In this document: piece by piece, positions 19,728 to 29,289 of the stretch
How the letters are laid out: each line of letters opens with the position of its first letter
How positions within the stretch are numbered: the first letter of the stretch is position 1
NCBI GenBank assembly: GCA_012837345.1
Contig: DURL01000003.1
Span: 2,954-66,953 of the forward strand
Origin: Bacteroidales bacterium
GTDB lineage: Bacteria; Bacteroidota; Bacteroidia; Bacteroidales; Dysgonomonadaceae
DNA length: 64,000 nucleotides
Reading direction: 5' to 3'
The notes under the pieces: generated by a model
The model's database searches: none
What the model saw: only the letters and a program-made list of their open reading frames with translations
What the model was told of the DNA's origin: nothing
Made by a program: the position numbers and the translations under genes

Positions 19728-20417
19728 ATGAGCATAGAAGAACTGAAACAACAGGTGTTCCGTGCCAACCTCGATCTGGTGGAGCATGGACTGGTCATCT
19801 TCACCTGGGGCAATGTGAGCGGCATCGACCGCGAACGTGGAGTGGTGGTGATCAAACCCTCCGGTGTCGCCTACGAAGGGATGAAGGCTGACGACATGGT
19901 CGTGGTCGACATGGAGGGAAACAGGGTAGAGGGCAATTACAAACCCTCCTCCGACACTGCCACCCACCTGGAGCTCTACAAGGCTTTCCCCGAAACAGGA
20001 GGGGTAGTACACACCCACTCCACCTATGCCACAGCCTGGGCACAGGCAGGCTGCGATATTCCAAATATCGGCACCACCCATGCTGACTATTTCAGCGATG
20101 ACATCCCCTGCACCCGTGATATGACAAAGGATGAGATCATGGGTGATTATGAAAAAGATACCGGTAGCGTGATCATTGAACGCTTCACAGGGTTGAATCC
20201 GGCGCATATACCGGGTGTTCTGGTGAAAAATCATGGTCCCTTTGCCTGGGGTAAAGATCCGCATGATGCGGTTCACAATGCCGTGGTGATGGAGCAGGTG
20301 GCCAAGATGGCCTTTATCTCCCGCCAGGTGAACCCGCAGCTCACCATGAACCGGTGGCTCATCGAGAAACATTTCTCCCGCAAGCATGGGCCCAACGCCT
20401 ACTACGGACAGAAATAA
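19728..20417 (+). CDS. araD: L-ribulose-5-phosphate 4-epimerase
   Basis: [30 protein letters not shown] and HGPFAWG class II aldolase-fold motifs. Confidence 0.96.
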   Translation: MSIEELKQQVFRANLDLVEHGLVIFTWGNVSGIDRERGVVVIKPSGVAYEGMKADDMVVVDMEGNRVEGNYKPSSDTATHLELYKAFPETGGVVHTHSTYATAWAQAGCDIPNIGTTHADYFSDDIPCTRDMTKDEIMGDYEKDTGSVIIERFTGLNPAHIPGVLVKNHGPFAWGKDPHDAVHNAVVMEQVAKMAFISRQVNPQLTMNRWLIEKHFSRKHGPNAYYGQK

Positions 20418-20451
20418 AAAAAGATACATCAACAATAAAAAAAAAGAGAAT

Positions 20452-21960
20452 ATGGATTTCTACAACAACCAGGAAGTATGGTTTGTCACCGGGGCACAGC
20501 TCCTTTACGGAGGTGATGCGGTGATCACCGTGAATGCACACTCGGAAGAGATCGTGAAACAACTGAATGAAGCCGGGACACTCCCCGTGAAAGTGGTTTA
20601 CAAAGGGACCGCCAACTCATCTCCCGAAGTGGAAAAGATTTTCAAGGAGGCCAACAGTGATGCAAGCTGCATCGGCATCATCACCTGGATGCACACCTTC
20701 TCACCGGCAAAGATGTGGATCAAGGGACTGCAAAATTACCACAAGCCGCTGCTCCACCTACACACGCAGTTCAACAAGGAGATACCCTGGAGTGAGATCG
20801 ACATGGACTTCATGAACCTGAACCAGTCGGCACACGGCGACCGTGAGTTTGGCCACATGGTAACCCGCATGCGCAAAAACCGGAAAGTGGTGGTGGGTCA
20901 CTGGTCAGAACAAAACGTGCAGGAGAAAATTGCCGTCTGGATGCGTGTGGCAGCGGCGTGGGCCGATGCTCAGGAGATGGTGATCGTACGTTTCGGTGAC
21001 AACATGAACAACGTGGCGGTTACTGACGGCGATCGTCTGGAGGCCGAACTGCGGCTGGGGTACCATGTGGATTACTACTCCATCGGTGATCTGGTGGCCT
21101 ACCAGGACAAGGTGACTGAACAGGAGGTGGATCAGCTGGTTGCCGAATTTGAGCAGCTCTATATTTTCGCCGACAACTGCAGGAAAGGCGCGAAGGATCA
21201 CGGGCAGGTACGCGAGGCAGCACGGATCGAGATTGCCCTGCGTCGTTTTCTGAAGGATAAGAACGCAAAGGCATTCACCACCAACTTCGATGCCCTTCAC
21301 GGGTTGAACCAGTTGCCTGGACTGGCCAGCCAGCGCCTGATGGCAGAGGGCTACGGCTTCGGCGCGGAAGGCGACTGGAAGACCGCTGCGCTGTTGCGTA
21401 CCATCTGGGTGATGTCGAGAGGATTGAAGGGTGGATGTTCCTTCCTGGAGGATTACACCTACCACTTCAAGGGTGAGCAGAGTGCCATCCTCCAGTCGCA
21501 CATGCTGGAGGTATCACCCGATATCACCTCTCAGAAACCCCGCCTGGAGGTTCACCCCCTCGGTATAGGAGGCAAAGCCGACCCGGCACGTCTGGTCTTC
21601 ACTGCCGACCCTGGCACCGGTATCGCTTCCACCATCATCGACATGGGCAACCGCTTCCGTATGGTGGTCAACAACGTGGATGTGAAGGAACCGGAGGCTG
21701 CATTGCCAAAACTGCCGGTAGCCAGCTCCCTCTGGATTCCGCAGCCCAACCTGGAGATCGGGGCCGCAGCCTGGATCTATGCGGGCGGTACACACCACTC
21801 CGCCTTCAGCTATGCCCTCACCAACGAATATTTTGAAGATTATGCCGATATCGCCGGTATCGAGCTGGTGACCATCGACAAGGATACCACCATCAAGAAC
21901 TTCAAGTTCGAACTGAGGGTGAATGAGGTCTATTATCTACTGAACAAATCACTTCAGTAA
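20452..21960 (+). CDS. araA: L-arabinose isomerase
   Basis: EVWFVTGAQLLYG, WMHTFSPAKMW, MNLNQSAHGDREFG, GFGAEGDWK and GGTHH. ATG 20452 preferred over 20386. Confidence 0.96.
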   Translation: MDFYNNQEVWFVTGAQLLYGGDAVITVNAHSEEIVKQLNEAGTLPVKVVYKGTANSSPEVEKIFKEANSDASCIGIITWMHTFSPAKMWIKGLQNYHKPLLHLHTQFNKEIPWSEIDMDFMNLNQSAHGDREFGHMVTRMRKNRKVVVGHWSEQNVQEKIAVWMRVAAAWADAQEMVIVRFGDNMNNVAVTDGDRLEAELRLGYHVDYYSIGDLVAYQDKVTEQEVDQLVAEFEQLYIFADNCRKGAKDHGQVREAARIEIALRRFLKDKNAKAFTTNFDALHGLNQLPGLASQRLMAEGYGFGAEGDWKTAALLRTIWVMSRGLKGGCSFLEDYTYHFKGEQSAILQSHMLEVSPDITSQKPRLEVHPLGIGGKADPARLVFTADPGTGIASTIIDMGNRFRMVVNNVDVKEPEAALPKLPVASSLWIPQPNLEIGAAAWIYAGGTHHSAFSYALTNEYFEDYADIAGIELVTIDKDTTIKNFKFELRVNEVYYLLNKSLQ

Positions 21961-22017
21961 GCATCCGCCGATCACAGAAGCAATGAAACGGGATACGAAT
22001 AACGAAATCAAAAGAGT

Positions 22018-23691
22018 ATGACTGAATATGTAATTGGACTGGATTACGGCTCTGATTCATGCCGTGCCATCATCGTCGATGCCGCCAATGGCAATGAGAT
22101 TGCCTCCTCGGTGAAATATTACCCCCGCTGGATGAAGGGAAGCTATTGCGATCCGCAGAGCAACCGCTACCGTCAACACCCGCTCGACTACATCGAAGTG
22201 TTGGAGGAGAGCATCCGTGAGGCACTTTCCAAATCGCCGGAAGGTACCGCCGGGAAGGTGGTGGGAATGGGGTTCGACACCACCGGATCTACCCCTGTGT
22301 TGACCGATCAGCAGGGCACCCCGCTGGCACTGCTCCCTGCATTCGCGGAGAACCCCAACGCCATGTTCGTGCTCTGGAAAGATCATACCGCCATCAAAGA
22401 GGCTGATGAGATCAACAAGCTGGCAAAGGTGTGGGAGATCGATTACACCGCTTACGAGGGAGGGATCTACTCCTCCGAATGGGTATGGGCCAAGATGCTG
22501 CACATCCTGCGCGAAGATGAAGCGGTACGCAAAGCCGCCTACTCCTGGGTAGAGCATTGCGACTGGCTGCCAGGGCTGATCACCGGAAACAGTAAACCGG
22601 AGACCATGCCAAGAAGCCGCTGTGCGGCAGGCCATAAGGCGATGTGGCACGAAGGGTGGGAAGGATTGCCCTCGGAGGTGTTCCTCACCACCCTCGACCC
22701 CCTGCTGGCCGGTTACCGCTCACGGCTCTATCGTGACACCTATCCAAGTAACACAAAGGTGGGCTACCTGTCGCAGGAGTGGGCTCATAGACTGGGGCTA
22801 ACGACCAACGTGGCAGTGGCAGTGGGTGCCTTCGACTGCCACATGGGTGCCGTGGGGGTGGAAATCAAGCCGGGTGACTTTGTCAGGGTGATCGGCACCT
22901 CTACCTGCGATATCATGGCGGTGCCTTACGAGGAGATGGGTGACAAGCTGGTACCCGGCATCTGCGGACAGGTAGACGGATCGGTTATCCCCGGCATGAT
23001 CGGCCTGGAAGCAGGGCAGTCCGGCTTCGGTGATATCTACGCATGGTTCAGAAGAGTATTGGAGTGGCCCATTCGCAACATCATCGGCAAGAGCGAGTTG
23101 ATTGATGCAGAGACACGGGAGAAGCTGATCGCTGAGGCGACAGATGCCCTTATCCCCGCGTTGACCAAAGAGGCAGAGAAGATACCGGTGAGCGAGAGCA
23201 CCATCCTGGCTACCGACTGGATGAACGGCCGCCGCACACCCGATGCGAACCAGCTGTTGCAGGGCTCCATCACGGGGCTGACGCTGGGCAGCTCAGCACC
23301 CCTGATCTTCAGGGCTCTGGTGGAGGCTACTGCCTTCGGGTCGAAAGCCATCGTGGACCGCATTCTCGAAAACGGTGTGGAAATCAAGCAGGTGGTCGGC
23401 ATAGGCGGCATCTCCCTCAAATCGCCCTTTGTGATGCAAACCATGGCCGACGTGCTGGGCATGTCGATCAAGGTGGCTCGCACGGAACAATCGTGTGCCT
23501 TTGGCAGCGCCATGTTCGGGGCAGTGGTGGCCGGTATCTACGAAAAGGTGGAAGAGGCGCAGGATGCCATGGGACAAGGCTTTGTCATCACCTATCACCC
23601 TAACAAGGAGAACCATGCATGCTACAGCGAGCTCTACAAGAAATATCAAAAGTTGGGACAATTCACGGAAGAGAAGATGACTCCTTCCTAA
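22018..23691 (+). CDS. araB: Ribulokinase (FGGY family)
   Basis: IGLDYGSDS, DTTGSTP, LWKDHTA, YSSEW, GAFDCH, GLEAGQS and DWMNGRRTP. Confidence 0.95.
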   Translation: MTEYVIGLDYGSDSCRAIIVDAANGNEIASSVKYYPRWMKGSYCDPQSNRYRQHPLDYIEVLEESIREALSKSPEGTAGKVVGMGFDTTGSTPVLTDQQGTPLALLPAFAENPNAMFVLWKDHTAIKEADEINKLAKVWEIDYTAYEGGIYSSEWVWAKMLHILREDEAVRKAAYSWVEHCDWLPGLITGNSKPETMPRSRCAAGHKAMWHEGWEGLPSEVFLTTLDPLLAGYRSRLYRDTYPSNTKVGYLSQEWAHRLGLTTNVAVAVGAFDCHMGAVGVEIKPGDFVRVIGTSTCDIMAVPYEEMGDKLVPGICGQVDGSVIPGMIGLEAGQSGFGDIYAWFRRVLEWPIRNIIGKSELIDAETREKLIAEATDALIPALTKEAEKIPVSESTILATDWMNGRRTPDANQLLQGSITGLTLGSSAPLIFRALVEATAFGSKAIVDRILENGVEIKQVVGIGGISLKSPFVMQTMADVLGMSIKVARTEQSCAFGSAMFGAVVAGIYEKVEEAQDAMGQGFVITYHPNKENHACYSELYKKYQKLGQFTEEKMTPS

Positions 23692-23698
23692 ACCTGCG

Positions 23699-26065
23699 AT
23701 GATGAGAAACCTATTTTTGCCGGTTTTCATACTCTTTGTTACCTCTGCCACCCTCATGCAGGCGCAGGTAAACAGGTCGGTGTCCTATTTCCATTTACGG
23801 GATGTAAGACTGCTGGAGAGTCCCTTCAGGCATGCAGAAGAGTTGAACAAAGCCTACCTGCTGGAGATGAGTGCCGACAGGCTGCTGGCACCCTTCCACA
23901 GGGAGGCGGGACTGACACCCAAAGCCGGGAGTTACACCAACTGGGAGAACAGCGGTCTCGACGGTCATATCGGCGGTCATTACCTGTCGGCCCTCTCGCT
24001 GATGGCTGCCTCCACCGGTGACCGCGAGATTGAATCACGCCTCGATTATATGCTCAGCGAGCTGAAGCGATGCCAACAGGCCAACGGCAATGGTTACATC
24101 GGAGGTGTCCCGGGCAGCAAAGCCGTGTGGGATGAGATTGCTTCGGGTAAGATCGACGCCGGGGGGTTCAGCCTCAATGGCAGATGGGTACCACTCTACA
24201 ATATCCACAAGACCTTTGCGGGACTGAGGGATGCCTACCTGGTCGCCGGCAAGAAAGAAGCCCGTGAGATGCTGGTGGCGATGAGCGACTGGGCCATTGA
24301 GCTGACAGCGGAGCTGACCGACGAGCAGATGCAGGAGATGCTCCGCAGTGAGCATGGGGGACTCAACGAAGTGTTTGCCGATGTGGCGGCCATCACCGGT
24401 GAGGAGAAATACCTGAAGCTGGCACACAGGTTCTCACATCTCCTCCTGCTGGAGCCGCTGATGGCAGGGCGTGACGTGCTCACCGGCATGCATGCCAACA
24501 CACAGATACCCAAGGTGATCGGCTTCAAGCGAATTGCCGACCTGGAGGCAAACGAATCATGGGACAATGCCGCACGCTTTTTCTGGGAGGGTGTGGTGAC
24601 CAATCGTTCGGTATCGATCGGTGGCAACAGCGTATCGGAGCACTTCAACCATGTGGAGGACTTCTCTCGTATGGTCACCTCAATTGAGGGACCGGAGACC
24701 TGCAACACCCACAACATGCTGCGACTCACGCGCATGCTCTACCACACTGATCCGCAGCCCGGGTACATCGATTACTACGAACGTGCCCTCTACAACCACA
24801 TCCTCTCTTCACAAAACCCCCACACGGGGGGATTGGTCTACTTCACCCAGATGCGCCCCGGACATTACCGGGTATACTCACAGCCCCACACCAGCATGTG
24901 GTGCTGTGTAGGCTCCGGCATTGAGAACCATTCCAAGTATGGGGAGATGATCTACGCCCATACTGAAGAGGCACTCTATGTCAATCTCTTTATCCCCTCC
25001 CGGCTGCAATGGAAAGCACAACAAACCGAGATCCTGCAGGAGAACAATTTCCCTTATGAAGAGAGTACGGCCATCACCATCAACCCGCGCGGCAGAAAAC
25101 AGTTCACACTGATGCTCCGTCATCCCGAATGGGCAAAGGAGGGAACCATACGTATTACAGTCAACGGAAGAGAGTACACGGCAGAGGAAAAAGAGGGCTA
25201 TCTGGCCATCAACAGGCGGTGGCGTAAGGGCGATCGCGTGGTGATGGAGATGCCTATGAGGGTGAGGACGGAACAACTTCCCGACCACTCCAACTACTAC
25301 TCCTTCGCCTATGGCCCCATCGTGCTGGCTGCCAGGACATCAGAAGAAGAACAGACAGGGCTCTTCGCCGATGACAGTCGCGGCGGACACATTGCACACG
25401 GACCACAGATCCCGCTGAAGAGCATGCCACTGGTAGTAGGTGAAGCCGGAGAGCTGGCATCACTCCTGCAGCCTGTAAAAGGGAAACCGCTCACCTTCCG
25501 CCTCACAAGCCTCTACCCTGATAGATACACCGGGGGCATGGAGCTGACTCCCTTCTTCAGCCTGCATGAATCACGCTACATCATCTACTGGCCGCAGGCC
25601 ACCCGGGGAGAAGCAGAAAAAATGCACCGGGCAATAGAGAAGGAAGAGACCCGACGCAATGAGCTGAACAGTAAAACCGTCGACCTGGTTGTCAGCGGCG
25701 AACAGCAGCCCGAATCAGATCATTTCATCGCTTCTGAAGAGTCCCGCACAGGTGTCTTTGAAGACATCCACTGGCGGGAAGCAAGTGGCTGGTTCAGCTA
25801 CGGGATGAGAAACGAGAAACAAAACGCACGTTATCTCTACATCAGCTACTTCGACATCGACCGGTCGCGCAATTTCGACATACTGGTCAACGACCGGCAT
25901 CTGGAGTCGTTCTCACTCACCGGTCAAAAGGGGATGGAGAAGCAGGAGCTGCTGATCTCACTCCCGGAGGAACAACATCAGGAGAAGCAGTTGATCGTGA
26001 AATTCTCAGCTCACCCGGGTAGCACCACAGGTAAGATTGCAGAGGTACGCCTCCTCAGTGACTAA
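23699..26065 (+). CDS. Beta-L-arabinofuranosidase, GH127/GH146 clan (length and C-terminal domains favour GH146)
   Basis: GHIGGHYLSA, EHGGLNE, HANTQIPK, PETCNTHNML and MWCCVGSG motifs; signal peptide. Confidence 0.88.
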   Translation: MMRNLFLPVFILFVTSATLMQAQVNRSVSYFHLRDVRLLESPFRHAEELNKAYLLEMSADRLLAPFHREAGLTPKAGSYTNWENSGLDGHIGGHYLSALSLMAASTGDREIESRLDYMLSELKRCQQANGNGYIGGVPGSKAVWDEIASGKIDAGGFSLNGRWVPLYNIHKTFAGLRDAYLVAGKKEAREMLVAMSDWAIELTAELTDEQMQEMLRSEHGGLNEVFADVAAITGEEKYLKLAHRFSHLLLLEPLMAGRDVLTGMHANTQIPKVIGFKRIADLEANESWDNAARFFWEGVVTNRSVSIGGNSVSEHFNHVEDFSRMVTSIEGPETCNTHNMLRLTRMLYHTDPQPGYIDYYERALYNHILSSQNPHTGGLVYFTQMRPGHYRVYSQPHTSMWCCVGSGIENHSKYGEMIYAHTEEALYVNLFIPSRLQWKAQQTEILQENNFPYEESTAITINPRGRKQFTLMLRHPEWAKEGTIRITVNGREYTAEEKEGYLAINRRWRKGDRVVMEMPMRVRTEQLPDHSNYYSFAYGPIVLAARTSEEEQTGLFADDSRGGHIAHGPQIPLKSMPLVVGEAGELASLLQPVKGKPLTFRLTSLYPDRYTGGMELTPFFSLHESRYIIYWPQATRGEAEKMHRAIEKEETRRNELNSKTVDLVVSGEQQPESDHFIASEESRTGVFEDIHWREASGWFSYGMRNEKQNARYLYISYFDIDRSRNFDILVNDRHLESFSLTGQKGMEKQELLISLPEEQHQEKQLIVKFSAHPGSTTGKIAEVRLLSD

Positions 26066-26079
26066 CGGGTGACAGTTAC

Positions 26080-27162
26080 CTACACATATTCGTCTCCATA
26101 TCGGAATTTGACATCGGTAACAAAATGCTTGATGCGTTGCTCCTCGCTCTTTTTGCAGATCAGCAACACATTGTCCGATTCTGCCACGATGTAGTCATCC
26201 AGTCCCTGGATCACTACCAGCTTATCGTCGCTCATGGCTACCACATTGTCATTGCTCTCAACGAAAAGTGCCTTGCACTGTAGATTGGCATTGTTGTTCT
26301 CGTCACGATCGGAGATCTCATGCAGGGCGCCCCAAGTCCCCAGGTCACTCCATCCGAAATCGGAGATGTTGACAAAGACATTGTCAGCTTTCTCAAGGAT
26401 ACCGTAATCAATTGAAATGTTGGCACAGAAAGGGAAGGTCTCATCCACAAACTGTTTCTCCCGGGGGGTATTAAAGTATTCTCTGCCTTCATCAAACTTC
26501 TGTACGATATCAGGCAGGTAACTGCTGAAAGCCTCCAGAATACTGTTCACATTCCAAAGAAAGATGCCCGAGTTCCACATAAACTCACCGCTTTCCACAA
26601 ATTTCTTCGCCAGCTCCAGGTCCGGTTTCTCGGTAAATGCTTTCACCCGGCCGATTCCCTGACCGTCATTGCCATCCACCTGAATGTAACCATAACCGGT
26701 CTCGGGTCTGCTTGGCCTGATTCCTAACGTGAGAAGTACCGGATTCGCTGCCACAAAATCCAGTCCGCTGTGCATATCAGATGCAAACTGATCTTCCCGC
26801 AGGATCAGGTGATCAGAGGGTGCCACGATGATGTTGGCGTTCGGATCAACCGCAAATATACGGTAAGAAGCGAAGGCGATGGCGGGAGCAGTATTGCGAC
26901 GTAACGGCTCCAACAGCAACTGATGATCCTTAAGCTCGGGAAGCTGTTGTTTGGTCATCGCGGCATAGGCATCATTGGTGACAATAAAGATGTGCTCAGG
27001 GGGAACAATCTTTTTAAACCTGTCGTAGGTACTCTGTAACAGGGAACGGCCGGTACCGAAAAAATCAAGAAACTGTTTGGGTTTGTCTTCTTTGCTGAAT
27101 GGCCAGAAGCGACTTCCCACACCGCCGCTCATGATCACACAATAATTATGGTTGTTTCTCAT
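26080..27162 (-). CDS. Mannose-1-phosphate guanylyltransferase
   Basis: VIMSGGVGSRFWP, PKQF, EPLRRNTAPAI, PSDH, ETGYGYI, WNSGIF and WSDLGTW. ATG 27162 preferred. Confidence 0.93.
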   Translation of the reverse strand: MRNNHNYCVIMSGGVGSRFWPFSKEDKPKQFLDFFGTGRSLLQSTYDRFKKIVPPEHIFIVTNDAYAAMTKQQLPELKDHQLLLEPLRRNTAPAIAFASYRIFAVDPNANIIVAPSDHLILREDQFASDMHSGLDFVAANPVLLTLGIRPSRPETGYGYIQVDGNDGQGIGRVKAFTEKPDLELAKKFVESGEFMWNSGIFLWNVNSILEAFSSYLPDIVQKFDEGREYFNTPREKQFVDETFPFCANISIDYGILEKADNVFVNISDFGWSDLGTWGALHEISDRDENNNANLQCKALFVESNDNVVAMSDDKLVVIQGLDDYIVAESDNVLLICKKSEEQRIKHFVTDVKFRYGDEYV

Positions 27163-27383
27163 TTCCAAGATGGTATATGTTATTAAAAAAAGGGAGATCT
27201 CATACGTTTGGTCCAACCTCCATGCAGGTTCAAATCTCTATCATTAACACCTTTTCGTGACATTTTGTTTTCTCAATATCCAATTGTACCTATAAAGATA
27301 GCAAACAATTCCGGACGAAAATAGAAATCAGGAATCGAATCGAAAAAAAAGAGCGATCACTTTTATTATCTCAAAAATATATG

Positions 27384-27391
27384 TACTTTTG
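27384..27391 (+). promoter_or_regulatory. Sigma-A -7 element for tRNA-Leu
   Basis: TACTTTTG, 19 nt before the tRNA. Confidence 0.7.
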
Positions 27392-27410
27392 CACTCACTT
27401 TTTGGCAGAT

Positions 27411-27494
27411 GCCCAGATGGCGGAATTGGTAGACGCGCTGGTCTCAAACACCAGTGGATTCACTTCCATGCCGGTTCGATCCCGGCTCTGGGTA
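27411..27494 (+). tRNA. tRNA-Leu(CAA)
   Basis: Acceptor stem GCCCAGA/TCTGGGT, D-loop with TGGTA, anticodon loop CTCAAAC, long variable arm, GGTTCGATCCC T-arm. Confidence 0.95.
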
Positions 27495-27605
27495 CTTGAT
27501 AATCAAAACCCTAATTGATAATTAATCGGTTAGGGTTTAAATTTTCGATTTGTTCCCAAATTGTTCCCAAACAGCATTTGTTTTATTAATCAATCTGTAT
27601 AACCA

Positions 27606-27838
27606 TTGATCACAACCGAAAAATTTATTGAAGTTTTCTGTATTGCCGACGTTTTTTGTGCAGAATATGAGAATGAAATCCGGAATCATCAACTTCAAGC
27701 AGGTGACATGACGAAAAGGGTGAATTGCTGCATTGGTGGCATTTTGTTGCTTTTCCAAAAAGCCTTCAATCAAATTTGAAGTGGAGAAGTCAACTCAATT
27801 AACCAATTGGGGATAAATTGTTATCCCGAACTCACGTT
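27606..27838 (+). pseudogene. Internally deleted IS982-family transposase remnant with right terminal repeat
   Basis: Manual translation: LITTEKFIEVFCIADVFCAEYENEIRNHQL (N-terminus) joined to IAALVAFCCFS/KPSIKFEVEKSTQLT (C-terminus, frameshifted), then TTATCCCGAACTCACGTT. Family assignment is by recognition, not by search. Confidence 0.7.
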
Positions 27839-27847
27839 AATCGTTTT

Positions 27848-28669
27848 TTACTGAAATTTTACCATGTCCGCTAACTGTAAAAAGTAGTCGTTAGACCAAA
27901 TCTCCAACTCTTTCGTACTTTTTAGGAATCGGGCTACATCTTCTTTAACCATCTCAATATCTGTTGTGGCAAGTCGCTCTTTTAGTTGATGGATAAACTC
28001 TTCTTTACTCATTTCGATACCGTCAAATTGCTTGATTCGCTCTTGCAAGTGACTGAAGTTCAGTTTTACGCCACGTCTTACATACCATTCAAAATCGCAC
28101 CAGTCACGCCCTTTTACCCGTTGTTTCCATTTTCTGAATACTAAAGCGTGCATTTTACCGGCATACAAATCCGATAAAACAAAGCAGCGTGTCATAAATG
28201 AGTATGGGAGCAACAATAATTTTTGTTCGGTATCAAATTTCATTGGTGGGTCAATATCCACTTCTATTTTGATTTTGACAGATTTATCGGTTTGAAATTT
28301 CAGATCGTAAACCGCTGTATTGTCTTTTAAAAAAGCAGATTCCACCCGCCCGAATGTTCTTTTTTCTTTCTTTGAAATAACAACATCCTTTCCCGTGGCA
28401 CTGAATTCATTGATGATTGACGGAAAAAACTCTTCGAGTCGAAAATCGTTATTTGGAGCGATAAGTGAAAAATCCATATCTTCCGAAAAACGCTCCATCC
28501 CATGGAAAATACGCAAACAAGTACCACCGTAAAACGCAGCTTTATTGAAAAATCCGCCGCGATAAAGCCCTGCAAGTGTAATTTCCTGCATCACTTCATA
28601 AGTGGCATTTGTCAGTTCGCTTTGTTTATTTATCTCATAACGAGCCAACATTTGGTCGAATATACTCAT
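27848..28669 (-). CDS. abiEii: AbiEii-family nucleotidyltransferase toxin (type IV TA)
   Basis: AAFYGGTCLRIFHGMERFSEDMDFS, KIKIEVD, AGKMHA and KGRDWCD. Confidence 0.88.
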   Translation of the reverse strand: MSIFDQMLARYEINKQSELTNATYEVMQEITLAGLYRGGFFNKAAFYGGTCLRIFHGMERFSEDMDFSLIAPNNDFRLEEFFPSIINEFSATGKDVVISKKEKRTFGRVESAFLKDNTAVYDLKFQTDKSVKIKIEVDIDPPMKFDTEQKLLLLPYSFMTRCFVLSDLYAGKMHALVFRKWKQRVKGRDWCDFEWYVRRGVKLNFSHLQERIKQFDGIEMSKEEFIHQLKERLATTDIEMVKEDVARFLKSTKELEIWSNDYFLQLADMVKFQ

Positions 28670-29289
28670 CGCTTCAGCAGTTTTATAAGGTTATTTATCT
28701 CGGATTTTTTCTTACTTACATGGGCACATTGCTCAAAAACAGTTGCATCCATTTTATAAAATTCGTCCATATCAAAGCGTATATCTTCCTCTAAGTAGAC
28801 TTCGATATTTTTTACATACCTGAGCCGCAATTGGGGCGTGTAAACAATTAAATCACACAGTGCTTTTTCGGGCGAAGCTATCAGATAAGCACAGTCATTA
28901 TCCACTACTTGACGAACACCGATTGAATAATAATCGGAAGTACAATGTATGTATTCAAATCGTCCGATGCTATTATTGTATATTTTCGCCGTCTTAAATG
29001 TAAGTGAAGTTGTGGTATGAACGCTTTCGGGGATAAGTCCATAATGACGAAGCGCGGCTTGCATCGACACATAAGAAGGTCCATAAAGATGGTTAGCGAT
29101 TAACTCCACAGAAAGTAATTGATTGGAAACCATTGGGGAAACAACGTATAAACCCTTTTTCAGCCTTATCAAACTACCTTTCTGTTCAAGATTTGCAATC
29201 TTCTTTTGGGGATATTTATAAGAGGTAAAAAGAGTTTCCAAGACTCCCACATCAACCGGTACTGTTCCAAATTGCTTTAGTGCTTCCAT
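28666..29289 (-). CDS. abiEi: AbiEi-family antitoxin / transcriptional regulator (type IV TA)
   Basis: N-terminal wHTH-like LIRLKKGLY, PSYVSMQAALRHYGLIPE, IASPEKALCD; 4-bp ATGA overlap with the toxin gene. Confidence 0.82.
   Translation of the reverse strand: MEALKQFGTVPVDVGVLETLFTSYKYPQKKIANLEQKGSLIRLKKGLYVVSPMVSNQLLSVELIANHLYGPSYVSMQAALRHYGLIPESVHTTTSLTFKTAKIYNNSIGRFEYIHCTSDYYSIGVRQVVDNDCAYLIASPEKALCDLIVYTPQLRLRYVKNIEVYLEEDIRFDMDEFYKMDATVFEQCAHVSKKKSEINNLIKLLKR

Noticed and set aside
17046-20435. Long antisense ORFs (303, 362 and 265 aa) opposite GH97, GH51 and araD
   Set aside because: Shadow frames of GC-rich coding sequence, with no motifs, promoters or signal peptides.
27537-27773. 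78-aa minus-strand ORF beside tRNA-Leu as a possible integrase fragment
   Set aside because: No tyrosine-recombinase motifs; it is the antisense shadow of the IS982 remnant and the arm-like repeats.
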